Part shown: one piece after another, positions 1 through 11,473 of the stretch
Position numbering within the stretch: the stretch's first letter is position 1
How the letters are laid out: the number at the start of each line of letters is the position of its first letter
Assembly (NCBI GenBank): GCA_951406725.2
Contig: OX597831.1
Span: forward strand, 31,372,001 to 31,436,000
DNA from: Octopus vulgaris
Taxonomy: Eukaryota
Reading direction: 5' to 3'
DNA: 64,000 bases
Made by a program: the position numbers and the translations under genes
Notes under the pieces: model-generated
Told to the model about the DNA's origin: nothing
Databases searched by the model: none
Seen by the model: only the letters and a program-made list of their open reading frames with translations

Positions 1-99
1 ATTCAACAGGGCTGATAACAGATACCAATAAAAAAAATTTACACAGTTTGAAATAGTCAAGTCAGCTCTACCGCTCACTAATCAAACATACTTTTAAAA

Positions 100-915
100 G
101 CACTAAAATCAGAACAAAAATATTACCACACCCCAGTCACAGACGAAGAAATAAATATTACATTGCACACTACACAGTCATTGCTTTCCTTTGACAAAAC
201 TGTATAATCTTTAAAGTGCTAATGGGTGTCAAAAACCGAACTGAGATTTGCGAGATTATAAGCTCCAACATATTACTCATATTACATACCGTAAATCCTA
301 GAGTATAATCCGCATTTTTTTCTCCAAAATTTAAAGGTCAAAATCCCTAGTGCGTGCTATATACGAAATTAAAAATGAAAATTATTTTCTAAGCAATGTC
401 CGAGACTCTATTTGCTGTACGGCAATGTTTATTCAGATGCATTTTGTGATGTTGGGCGCGAAAATACCTTAAGCTAAGCCTGAAAGCAATGAAGTCATAA
501 AAGAATCATCCATAACTTGCAATAAGTAACATTTATTAAACGTTATTACAGTTATTTCTTTATTTTCTGCAAACAAAATGCACAAAAAAAGCTACACGTT
601 TGCATTATGTTATATATACAATAATAATAAAGGACGTTGCCGTATACAGTTTTACAAACCAAGGACGTTATATAGAACTCCTTGACTCAAGTTAGAGAAG
701 GGGTGCGTATTATACAGAAGGTTTAGGTTTTTCAGAGTCCCCTGCGTATTATACTCAAGGGCGGACTATACTCGAGGATTTACGGTATAAAAATAAACAA
801 TCTGAAATGCTAATAGAAAATTTTAGGTAAAACTTCGCCTTTAAATAACTCCACCTACAAAAAGTATACTTCCTTGACATTACACTAAACCTAGTCACTA
901 ACAGCTAAAACCTCT
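100..915 (+). mobile_element. Degenerate Penelope-like retroelement RT fragment, interrupted by a MITE
   Basis: Remnant peptides FKVLMGVKNRTEICEIISSNILL (cf. FDVTMGSxDGAEvCELVG of PLE RTs) and YFLDITLNLVTNS; adjacent to a hammerhead-like inverted repeat. Confidence 0.6.
287..787. mobile_element. Tc1/mariner(pogo)-type MITE
   Basis: TIRs taccgtaaatcctagagtataatccgc / gcggactatactcgaggatttacggta with TA at both ends; no ORF. Confidence 0.85.
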
Positions 916-971
916 TAAGAAAATATATTCTATCATTCACCTTTTGCTTCTTTCAGTTATTAGACTGCAGC

Positions 972-1104
972 CATTTATAGATAGAAGGTCTTACAGCTGT
1001 TTCTAGGATATTAATTAATAATATCCCTTCATCGGAGACGGTGTGATAGGAAAATTATTAATTAATATCCTAGAAACAGCTGTAAGACCTTCTATCTATA
1101 AATG
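972..1104. repeat. Perfect 51-bp inverted repeat (972-1022 / 1054-1104), 31-nt spacer
   Basis: Arms catttatagatagaaggtcttacagctgtttctaggatattaattaataat and its exact reverse complement. Confidence 0.95.
988..1039 (-). ncRNA. Minimal type I hammerhead-like fold (variant core CCGAUGA)
   Basis: GTCT-CCGATGA-A-GGGATATT(ATTAATT)AATATCCT-A-GAAAC-AGCT-GTA-AGAC: stem I GTCT/AGAC, long stem II, palindromic stem III, GUA site. Confidence 0.55.
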
Positions 1105-1508
1105 CTCTAATATCTGTACAGCCTTGGTTTTTTATCTTATTACGCAAAAAATATTTATGTACACACGCTGCCATAGAACCAACGTTGAACCCTTTATTCG
1201 CAATATTACCGAATCTAGACCTTCGTAGTCACATCTTTAGGATAAAGTGATATGGAATTGTGTTGCTGGGTCTTAACAGTGGGCAGGGCCGAAAGAAATT
1301 AATGATGGTAACAATACTCATACTGCTGTACAACGCTAAATAAACAGGCGTACATCAGTCACAAGCAAAAATAAGCACGTGATTTACGATGTGTAATTTA
1401 AAAGTTAACACAAGTCACTTTGGCTCGGCCTACGTTAAATAGAGAGAGTAACATACCAACATCATTTCATCCTGACGATGAGGATGATGGTATGTTTAAG
1501 GTCCTTAC

Positions 1509-1921
1509 GGCGGCGAGCTGGCAGAAACGTTAGCACGCCGGGCGAAATGCTTAGCGGTATTTCGTCTGCCATTACGCTGTGAGTTCAAATTCTGCCGAGG
1601 TCGACTTTGCCTTTCATCCTTTCGGGGTCGATAAATTAAGTACCAGCTACGCACTGGGGTCGATGTAATCGACTTAATACCTATGTCTGTCCTTGTTTGT
1701 CCCCTCTGTGTTTAGCCTCTTGTGGGTAATAAAGAAATAGATATTTCGTCTGCCGTGACGCTCTGAGTTCAAATTCCGCCGAGGTCGACTTTGCCTTTCA
1801 TCCTTTCGGGGTCGATTAAATAAGTACCAGTTACGCCCTGGGGTCGATATAATCGACTTAATCCGTTTGTCTGTCCTTGTTTGTCCCCTCTGTTTAGCCC
1901 CTTGTGGGTAGTAAAGAAATA
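1509..1921 (+). mobile_element. tRNA-derived SINE family A, dimeric copy with 17-bp TSD
   Basis: A box tggcagaaacgttag, B box gagttcaaattc, conserved gcctttcatcctttcggggtcgataaattaagtaccag core; second unit restarts at tatttcgtctgcc; TSD ggtatgtttaaggtcct at 1489-1505 and 1922-1938. Confidence 0.9.
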
Positions 1922-2087
1922 GGTATGTTTAAGGTCCTGAAATATTGTTGATGGATTTGAGAACTTTACCGCATTTTCAAACAAATCACAAGGAGCTCAC
2001 ACGGAAATCCACAGAAAAGATTTTGATTTTAAAAAAATTAATAAAACTAGAAAATAATACATTCATTACAGCACACGCACCCTACTT

Positions 2088-2176
2088 ATACATACATACA
2101 TACATACATACATACATACATACATACATACATACATACATACATACATACATACATACATACATACATACATACA
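2088..2176. repeat. (TACA)n microsatellite
   Basis: Direct reading. Confidence 0.95.
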
Positions 2177-2526
2177 TGGTGGCTGCCCCCTCGTTATCGA
2201 GTATGGTCATTGCACGAAGCCTAATCAATGTTGTTATCGTGCAATGCCTGTGCAAGAAGATTTTTTTTTAAGTGAAGAAAGGCTGTGCACTGAGTCAATC
2301 CCACTCACTAAGCAACAGCAGCCATAATCCGAAAAGAAGAACAAGTCAACATCATCGGTAACCACTGAGCCGCAGGTTTTATGTTGGAGTTATCCCAGTT
2401 ACCTGAGTTATCTTCTCCTAGAAGGATGCCCTAACAAAGGCTGGGAGTCCTTCACTCCCAATGGTTTAACCGTGCGATCGGGTATTCAGTCCGATTATTT
2501 CTGTCCCCTAAAGAAAAAAAAATACA

Positions 2527-2671
2527 CATTTATTGGATGGCCGTTGACTCTCAAGAGTTCCTCCGCCCTTTGACGGGTTTTGTTTTTCATCCCGCAGGAT
2601 ATCCAATAAAGACCCTCCTCACCAAGCAAGCTTGGTGGGGTTGCCGGTTTAGTCGCCGACGACCCGAACAT
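2527..2671 (+). repeat. Interspersed repeat, with an inverted second copy at 4832-4976
   Basis: acatttattggatggccgttgactctcaagag...gtcgccgacgacccgaaca matches the reverse complement of 4832-4976; possibly LINE UTR-derived. Confidence 0.8.
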
Positions 2672-2763
2672 GCAACAGGTTGTACTGGGTTACGTGTTAC
2701 CAGTAGCACTCGAAAGTGACCTGACATACATACATACATACATACATACATACATACATACAT

Positions 2764-3163
2764 ACTCTCTTACTCTCTTTACTCTCTTACTTGTTTCAGT
2801 CATTTGACTGCGGCCATGCTGGAGCACCGCCTTTAATCGAGCAACTCGACCCCGGGACTTATTCTTTGTAAGCCCAGTACTTATTCTATCGGTCTCTTTT
2901 TGCCGAACCGCTAAGTGACGGGGACGTAAACACACCAGCATCGGTTGTCAAGCAATGCTAGGGGGACAAACACAGACACACACACACACACACACATACA
3001 TACATACATATATATACATATATACGACAGGCTTCTTTCAGTTTCCGTCTACCAAATCCACTCACAAGGCATTGGTCGGCCCGGAGCTATAGCAGAAGAC
3101 ACTTGCCCAAGATGCCGCGCAGTGGGACTGAACCCAGAACCATGTGGTTGGCTAGCAAGCTAC

Positions 3164-3165
<2 letters not shown>
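2764..3165 (-). mobile_element. tRNA-derived SINE family B (~400 bp, internal microsatellite, CR1-like tail), slightly 5'-truncated
   Basis: Same sequence as the full copy at 36996-37400; tail ggcggtgctccagcatggccgcagtcaaatgactgaaacaagtaa(gagtaa)n. Confidence 0.9.
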
Positions 3166-3195
<30 letters not shown>

Positions 3196-3305
3196 CCTAC
3201 ATACATCATCAGTAGTTCATATATCCAAAAAAGAAGCTCACTCTAATTAGACGGCCTTCTGTTTTTAACCCGCAATAGTCTGTTCATAAATAATTATCAG
3301 TCTTG

Positions 3306-3690
3306 TGGAGTCGCAATGGCCCAGTGGTTAGGGCAGCGGACTCGCGGTCATAGGATCGCGGTTTCGATTCCCAGACCGGGCATTATGAGTGTTTATTGAG
3401 CGAAAACACCTAAAAGCTCCACGAGGCTCTGGCAGGGGATGGTGGTGATCCCTGCTGTACTCTTTCACCACAACTTTCTCTCACTCTTACTTCCTGTTTC
3501 TGTTGTACCTGTATTTTCAAAGGGCCGGCCTTGTCACTCTCTGTGTCACGCTGAATATCCCCGAGAACTACGTTAAGGGTACACGTGTCTGTGGAGTGCT
3601 CAGCCACTTACACGTTAATTTCACGAGCAGGCTGTTCCGTTGATTCGGATCGACCGGAACCCTCGTCGTCGTAACCGACGGAGTGCTTAC
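3306..3690 (+). mobile_element. tRNA-derived SINE family C (~385 bp)
   Basis: Head tggcccagtggttagggcagcggactcgcggtc...ggtttcgattccc (A and B boxes); near-identical copies at 6657, 11795 and 61294. Confidence 0.9.
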
Positions 3691-3940
3691 ATCCATCCAC
3701 TCACCAGTCTTATATAACTGTACATTTCTCTTCTTACGTATATTGAATAGAATCAAATACTCTGTTAATCAATATTAAAATTTCTCAGTGGTATTAATTA
3801 ATTCTAGAAAATGCGAATTTAAAGAAAAATGTCTTATTTTTCAATATCGGGTATTGTCATAAATATGCCCGCGCGCACATACACACGCACGTCCACGCGC
3901 ACGCACACACACACATATACAGGCATACATGCTCTTTGCT

Positions 3941-4362
3941 CTTTGCTCTTTTACTTGTTTCAGTCATTTGACTGCGGCCATGCTGGAGCACCGCCTTTAG
4001 TCGAGCAAATCGACCCCGGGACTTATTCTTTGTGTAAGCCCAGTACTTATTCTATCGGTCTCTTTTGCCGAACCGCTAAGTGACGGGGAGGTAAACACAC
4101 CAGCATCGGTTGTCAAGCAATGCTAGAGGGACAAACACAGACACACAAACATATACATACACATACTGTACATACATATATATATATATACATATATACG
4201 ACAGGCTTCTTTCAGTTTCCGTCTACCAAATCCACTCACAAGGCATTGGTCGGCCCGGGGCTATAGCAGAAGACACTTGCCCAAGATGCCACGCAGTGGG
4301 ACTGAACCCAGAACCATGTGGTTGGTAGGCAAGCTACTTACCACACAGCCACTCCTGCGCCT
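3941..4362 (-). mobile_element. SINE family B, full length
   Basis: Head (revcomp) ggcgcaggagtggctgtgtggtaag; CORE-like cttgggcaagtgtctt; same tail. Confidence 0.9.
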
Positions 4363-5140
4363 ATACATTTACTTTTTTTTTCTTTTTTTCTCTAGTTTCA
4401 GCTCAGAGCTGCGGCCATGCTGGTGCACCGCCGTTACATACATATTCTTAGATTCTTATTCTTGCTTCAGTCATTAAACTGCGACCATGCTGGGGCACGG
4501 TTTTGAAGGCTTTAATCGAACAAATCGACGCAATATTTACTTTTACTATTAGGTTTGTTACGTATTCGATCTTTGATGAACTGCTAAGTTACGAGGATGT
4601 AAACAAATCAACACCGGTTTTCCGGCAGTATGGGGACAGACACAAACACGCACACGGCAGAACAATAAGAATGTCGGACTGTATGTCTTGCGATATTTAC
4701 TACGGCTCTCTGCATCCTGAGTTCAAATCCCGCCATAGCTTACATGAGTAATGAACTTAATCACCTATTTTATCAACCACGTGGCACATTCAGGGCGTTT
4801 AGCGGAGTCCATTCTGTTGTAAGCATTCAAGTGTTCGGGTCGTCGGCGACTAAACCGGCAACCCCACCAAGCTTGCTTGGTGAGGAGGGTGTTTATTGGA
4901 CACCCTGTGGTATGAAAAACAAGACCTGTCAAAGAGCGGAGGGACTCTTGAGAGTCAACGGCCATCCAATAAATGTCTTAAGGCTATATCATGCGCAGGG
5001 ACATAGAAATAATCGGAGTCCATTCTGTTGTAAGCATTCAAGGTCAAGTGTCCAGTTTGAGAATGATTCTGTCCCACTCATCAAATAAGCCCTGTAAAGA
5101 TACCTGAGTCCCTCGGCTATGGGAGAAAAGGTTGGACAAT

Positions 5141-5190
5141 AGTCGTACTGATGATAACGGCTTTTGAGTCACAAACACGCGTCCACGACT
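5141..5190 (+). ncRNA. Degenerate minimal hammerhead-like fold
   Basis: AGTCGT-A-CTGATGA...CAAAC-ACGC-GTC-C-ACGACT: 6-bp stem I and CUGAUGA intact, but GAAA reads CAAA and stem II is poor. Confidence 0.35.
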
Positions 5191-6182
5191 GTCTTCTTAT
5201 CTCCAGGCAATAAGCATGTTCTTTTTCTTAATGGTATGTCACCTTTGGATAAACTTGATTCTTGAGATTATCTCCCCTTTCCTGTTTGGTAATTATGAGA
5301 CATGCTTCAGAGATGGAAAGATATTTAATACATAAAGAATTTATGTTATATGGTACTTGATATACCTGTATTTGTCAAAGCTGCTCAAATACCTGCCAAT
5401 GGCCACTCAGAATTATTTCTATTAGCTCATTGATCAATGGGCCGACTGAGTTAACCAATCAATAACGAACCTATAATGACTGCTGGAAACGGCTGTAAGC
5501 CAAGTTTACTACTACTACTATATATATATATATATAATCCTTTCTACTGAAGGCACAAGACCTGAAATTTGGGAGAGGGGGCTAGTCGATTACATCGACC
5601 CCGAATGGATGAAAGGCAAAGTTGACTTCGGCGGAATTTGAACTCAGAACCTAGCAACGGCAGACGAAATACCGCAAAGCATTTCGCCCGGCGTACTAAC
5701 GACTCTGCCAGCTCACCGCCTTAAGAAATATATAATGACTATTGTTTATGCCTTGTCGTGTAAAAAACCCCCATTATAACTGGGAATACAACCATGGATT
5801 TACAATATAGAATGGTGATGAATTGTAGCCTCGGACCCGACCACCAAAATACGCAGAGTTCTTTACTAATCTAAGCAATATTGTTAGCCTGGTGTTCTAA
5901 GAGAGAGCTGTTAAAGTATTTTGCCCGATTTGTTAATTCATCACAAACAACTATGCCTGTCTGTCTGTATGTATGTATTAGACTTGTACACACGAAAACA
6001 TAAAAATATTTATATAGATACGTGCGTACCTACCTACACACATACTGTTTAATAAATCCGTTTTTCATATGTTTTTGTTTATAGACAAATCAACACAACA
6101 GGTAATTAATATTAATACAAGTTACTGATATTTATTGTCGAATATATATATATAGTTTACATGTGTGCGTGAATGTATATAT

Positions 6183-7200
6183 ACAGGATGTTTCGGCTAA
6201 ATTTGACAGTTTGCAGAAAAAGAAAACAATATTCCATCTAAAAATAAAAGTACATTTTTTAAAAAATCAAAAAATAACACCTAGATTATGACTGAACAAT
6301 AACAGTTTTGCTTCCACCACAGCGTCAAGATGACCCCGGAACCTGGCACATGCGTTCCTGGAAAAATCTTCGAACACCGCATGGATCTTGTCTACCAACT
6401 AAGTATTGCTGACAGGGTAGTTCGTGTTGTTCTCAACCGTACCCCACGTACTAATCCATAGGATTACAATCGGGTAAATTAGACGGCCAAAAATTGGGGC
6501 TTGGTAATTTCGTGGAAATTCTCTGATAACTACTTCTGACATTTTCAGAAGTATGGCAAGGAGCCGAATGCCGCGGCTACACATATTGCCTTCCAGCAGC
6601 AACGCTTTCTAGCCAGAGTTTGACCACTGTCTCCAGCAACTTTAAGTAGCCGTCTGGTGGAGGCACAATGGCCCAGTGGTTAGGGCAGCGGACTCGCGGT
6701 CATAGGATTGCGGTTTCGATTCCCAGACCGGGCGTTGTGAGTGTTTATTAAGCGAAAACACCTAAAGCTCCACACGCTGAATATCCCCGAGAACTACGTT
6801 AAGGGTGGGTGCACGTGTCTGTGGAGTGCTCAGCCACTTACACGTTAATTTCACGAGCAGGCTGTTCCGTTGATTCGGATCAACCGGAACCCTCGTCGTC
6901 GTAACCGACGGAGTGCTTCCACTAAAACGTAGCCGTCTAAAATGAGCCCGAGGCCCTGTTCAAAGACATGATGAATCCCGACGTACGGACGCAGTCAGAC
7001 TTCCTGCTGGCTACGGCTTCGTAATTTCCCTTGCAGCTATCTACGTCATCTCTTACAGCCTTTATACTGTTCTCAGAACATTGAGCAGCAATCATGATGT
7101 CGGCATTTTTATACCCTGCACGAATCATCATGATACAAGTAACACTTCACCAATATTCAGATGTCTTCCGGTCCATCTTGTCAGCTAACTTTTCCTCAAC
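6183..7200 (-). mobile_element. Degenerate Tc1/mariner (maT-like) transposase relic
   Basis: Remnants GRQYV*..SAPCHTS (cf. WQQDSAPCH) and a frameshifted DCNPMD..VWG.VE region; tacagg terminus; interrupted by SINE C. Confidence 0.6.
6657..6928 (+). mobile_element. SINE family C with internal deletion and 10-bp TSD
   Basis: TSD gtagccgtct at 6646-6655 and 6929-6938; middle ~130 bp missing relative to the 3306 copy. Confidence 0.9.
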
Positions 7201-7235
7201 TACAGCTATAATTTTTTTTTTTTTAATGCTTACCA

Positions 7236-7522
7236 ACAAAAGGCAAAGTCGACCTCGGCGGAATTTGAACTCAGAGGCAGACGAAATACCTATTTCTTTA
7301 CTGCCCACAAGGGGCTAAACACGGAGAGGACAAACAAGGACAAACAAACGGATTAAGTCGATTATATCGACCCCAGTGCGTAACTGGTACTTATTTAATC
7401 GACCCCAAAAGGATGAAAGGCAAAGTCGACCTCAGCGGAATTTGAACTCAGAACGTAACGGCAGACGAAATACCACTAAGCATTTCGCCCGGCGTGCTAA
7501 CGCTTCTGCCAGCTCGCCGCCT
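7236..7522 (-). mobile_element. SINE family A, dimeric (second unit truncated)
   Basis: Reverse complement of family A with the same gaaataggtatttcgtc junction. Confidence 0.85.
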
Positions 7523-8569
7523 TCAATAATAAAAATAATAATAATTTCAAATTTTGCCACAAGGGCGGCAATTTTGGGAGAGGGGATAGTCGATTTCATC
7601 GATCGCAGTGTTCAACTGGTACCTAATTCATTGACCCGGAAAAGGAAAGTTGACCTCGGTGGAATAATAATGATGATGATAATAATAATAATAATAATAG
7701 CAGTATTATTGTCTGGTTTTCGCACAAGGCCAGTGATTGTGACAGAAGGGAGCTAGTTCATACCATCGACCTCATTTCTTGACTGGTACTTTATTTAATG
7801 TTGCCATAAAGGATAAATGGTAATGGTGATCTCAACAGGAATTGAACCCAAAACGTCAAGAGGCAGAACAAATACTGAAAAAATATTTTATCTGATGCTT
7901 CAGCTCGCTGCCTTAATTATAACTCTTGACGATGACAGAATCATTGATATCAATGACTGATGATGATGATGAACACTTCATTTCATGGAGCCCCAGTGCA
8001 GTCAGCTGGCAAAAATGAGAAATTCTGCAACAGAACGGCGTCCCATCCAGGTGCGGAATACGCCACAGAAACCAGGAAATTGACTCTATGGGTCTATATG
8101 ACCCGAGAAGGATCGTTATTCTGCAGACTCTTGAAGAATGTTATAAAACCGACTTCAATGGGAACGAACCAGGAACTACTGTAAGTCATTTTATCCATCG
8201 CTCAGTTGATTCTAACATTGCATTGCCCTTCAACAAGTAAACATATAACAAAACAAAAAAAAATCAACAGAAGAGAATATTTTATTGCAATAATAATTTC
8301 TATGCACAGCTACTATAATATTGATGAGAGATTATGACATGCATATCTTTTCCAAAAGCAGGCCAACAAAAGAAATAAATAAAGACAGACATTTAGTTTT
8401 TGTATTTCATTTTTTTAAAGTTCTTGATGTGAATTCATGTAGTGAAAATATATTTTGTTGTATCTCGAGAGGGTCGTTATACCAATAATACACACACTGG
8501 TTCAATTTCACTTCTTTATTATTTATTTGTCAATTGATTAAATAGATAACCAATGAAAAAATAAATAAG

Positions 8570-9910
8570 AAGCTGCCTAACACAGCTCCTGCAACACTAT
8601 GACTGGGTGTTAAAACAGCTACTAAATGGCTCAAACGTAGATGTGATATATCTCGACTTTGCAAAAGCCTTTGATAAAGTCGACCATGGTATGATCTGTC
8701 ACAAACTGCGTGGTCTCAGCATAGGCGGAAAACTTGGAGAGTGGCTGCACAACTTCCTAAAAGATAGAAGGCAGGCAGTTGTGGCCAATGGAGCCACCTC
8801 CAAGGAAACACAAATAACAAGCGGTGTTCCACAGGGCACTGTCTTGGGGCCACTGCTGTTCATAGTGGCCCTTTCAGACATGCCCTTAGTTGCTAAGATG
8901 GCCACCTTTGCTAGCTATGCAGATGATACAAAAGTCTCCCACACAATACAAAACTCTGGAAATATTGCACATCTGCAACGGGAGTTGGATACAATATACA
9001 GGTGGGCTGAGGACAACAACATGCAGTTTAATGCAGGGAAGTTCCAGGCCCTGCGCTACCGGCACACAAAGGTAAACGACATGCAGACCGGATACACTGG
9101 CCCGGGAAGAATTGTAATTCCTGAGTCAAAATCAGTGCGTGACCTGGGCATTGACATGAGCAATGATGCATCTTTTCAAGTGCATATTATTAATTTGGTA
9201 ATAAAATGCAGACGGCTAGCTGGATGGATTCTCCGAACTTTCAGAACAAGAAAGGAGACACTGATGGTCCTTTGGAAGACATTCATCCTCAGCCACTTGG
9301 ACTACTGCTCCCAACTGTGGTCACCACACAATATAAAGTTAACAGCAGAACTCGAAGCAATTCAACGAAGCTACGCTAAGAATATTGTATCAATGCAACA
9401 TATCAGCTACTGGGAAAGACTGAAAGTATTAAAACTCTTCTTCCTGGAGCAAAGGTGGGAGAGATATGCAGTGATATACATCTGGAAAATCCTGAAGGGT
9501 CTTGTCCCAAACTTTGGCATTCAAAGTTACCCCAACCGCAGAACGGGGCGCCACTGCAAGGTGCCAAAGATCCCAACATCACCATCAAAATACAGGACCA
9601 GATACTGCAACAGCTTGGGTTTCAGAGGACCACAGCTCTTCAATATCCTTCCTAAATGCTTGAGAGACCTGCATGGTGTGGATGTGGGTTTCTTTAAAAC
9701 TAAACTAGATCTCTTCTTGTCGGGGGTCCCAGATGAACCTACCTCTCAGCAGGAAACACAGATGCGGGCAGCAGCATCGAACTCCCTTGTTAATCAAGTG
9801 CCACGTATCAGAGGTGGTTTCACATACTAGTGTAGCTCATTCAACGGTGGCGCCCCAGCATGGCCACAGCCTTCGGGCTGAAACATTTTTAAGGATTTAA
9901 AGATTTAAGA
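8570..9910 (+). mobile_element. 5'-truncated CR1-group LINE: intact RT C-terminal ORF (8607-9830), short 3' UTR and repeat tail
   Basis: YLDFAKAFDKVDH, SGVPQGTVLGPLLF, YADD, RDLG, LDYCSQLWSP, YWERLK motifs; no stops over more than 400 aa; tail (aagattt)n-like. Confidence 0.93.
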
Positions 9911-11351
9911 AGAGTAGTAGAACCAGTGCATTGACAAGCCAAATTGACTGAGTAATTAGCCAAACAATTAACCAAACAACTGTTTAGTTATTTGGTTAAA
10001 TATCTTTTATCTTTCGGTTGTTTCGGTCATTAGGCTGTGGTCATGCTGGAGCACCAGCTTGAAGAATTTGTAGTTGAATGAATTGACCCCAGTACTTACG
10101 TTTTTTTTTTTTATATATATATTGAGCAATTGATACATAAATAATAAAGAAGTGAAGTAGAACCAGTGCAAGTGTTTGCTATTGGCATAGATGAGCCTCC
10201 CAAGATAAAACAAAATAGAAAAAGACGTTTAAATGTTTTGGTTATTTTCTTCCTTTATTCTTCAAATTCACACTTAAAAAGGAAACAGAATTAAAAGTAG
10301 ACTAATCAAATGCAACTGATAAAATGAGGTGGGATGTGAGATTCTGCTTTTATTTTGCTATATTGTGTGTGTGCATGTGTATGTGTGTATATATATATAT
10401 AGGCAGTCATCGTAATTATTATATTGTCTTGTTGTTGAGAGAGGCTCCCTTTCTTTCCTAATGAGAAGATTGCATCTTACACTGTTTATTCCTTTGGAAT
10501 AAAACCATGTTGTCTTCGAAACATGTTGAAAGTAAAAGAATTTTATTAACATCTTCGTTCAACTCCATTTATTTATTTATTCATATATAACACACAAATT
10601 TCTGCACATGAACCCGGAGTTTCTACCTTTGGATAGGTCGCTTCAACCGTGTTTCTGACGTGAATTTGCTACCCTGGTATCAGTTCATCGAATTTTCCAT
10701 GTTGACGGTAAACATAGGATAATTCATTCACCCATCGATATATATATATATATATATATATTATATAGTGAGTGGACATTTGAAAGAAAAAGGAGTTGCA
10801 TATACTTTTATTTAAAACAGTTTGATTCAGCCCCCCCATGCAGCTTAGTTTCGTAGGCTCATCACAGGACCCTAGCATATACAGAAAGAGACAAAGAGAA
10901 ATGAATGTGTGTACCCAATGAAAGTATGTGCATGAATATACATATTTACAGATCAATGTCTGTGTGTGTGTGTGTGTGTGTAAGAGAGACGATCACCAAG
11001 ACTAACACTCACAACATAAAAAAAAAACATAATCATATGTTCTAATGGCGGTGCTTTAGCATGGTCACAGCTCATGAGCTGAAACTAGAATCAATCAATC
11101 AATCATGATCACATGTACACCGAGTTTACAAAAGCTCCCCATACGGTAACAGAGATTCAAGCAAAATAAAATATATACATATATATATATATTTAAAAAA
11201 AAAAAAGAAGCAAAAAACACAGTGTAGCCACACCCTGATGTCATTGCTGTAGAAACAGACCACGTCTTCTAGTCTGAGGTAAACTGCAGGGTAACGTAAA
11301 CACACCACATCTCCAGATCAGGAGTAAACTGCTGTGGAAAGATATTACATT

Positions 11352-11473
11352 TCAGTGGCAGAGGCTTTTGAAAGCTTTTCTCATTGACAGAATGAAGTTG
11401 CTCAAGTTATTGGTTGCATTCAACTTTTGAACAAGTTCCTCTATGTTTGGGACCAACGGGTGGCACTCAGTAA
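11352..11473 (-). CDS. SPC25: SPC25 terminal coding exon (122 coding nt to TGA)
   Basis: Acceptor tttctttttcctttag; TECHPLVPNIEELVQKLNATNNLSNFILSMRKAFKSLCH*, a typical Spc25 C-terminus. Confidence 0.93.

Noticed and set aside
2945-3250. Recurrent ORFs MSSNARGTNTD...YQIHSQG (also at 4110, 36145, 39189)
   Set aside because: Antisense translations of SINE B copies.
10630-10700. Hammerhead-like motif on the minus strand (tCGATGA...GAAAC..GTT)
   Set aside because: Core and stems too degenerate; similar weak cases near 23295-23345 and 27120-27160.
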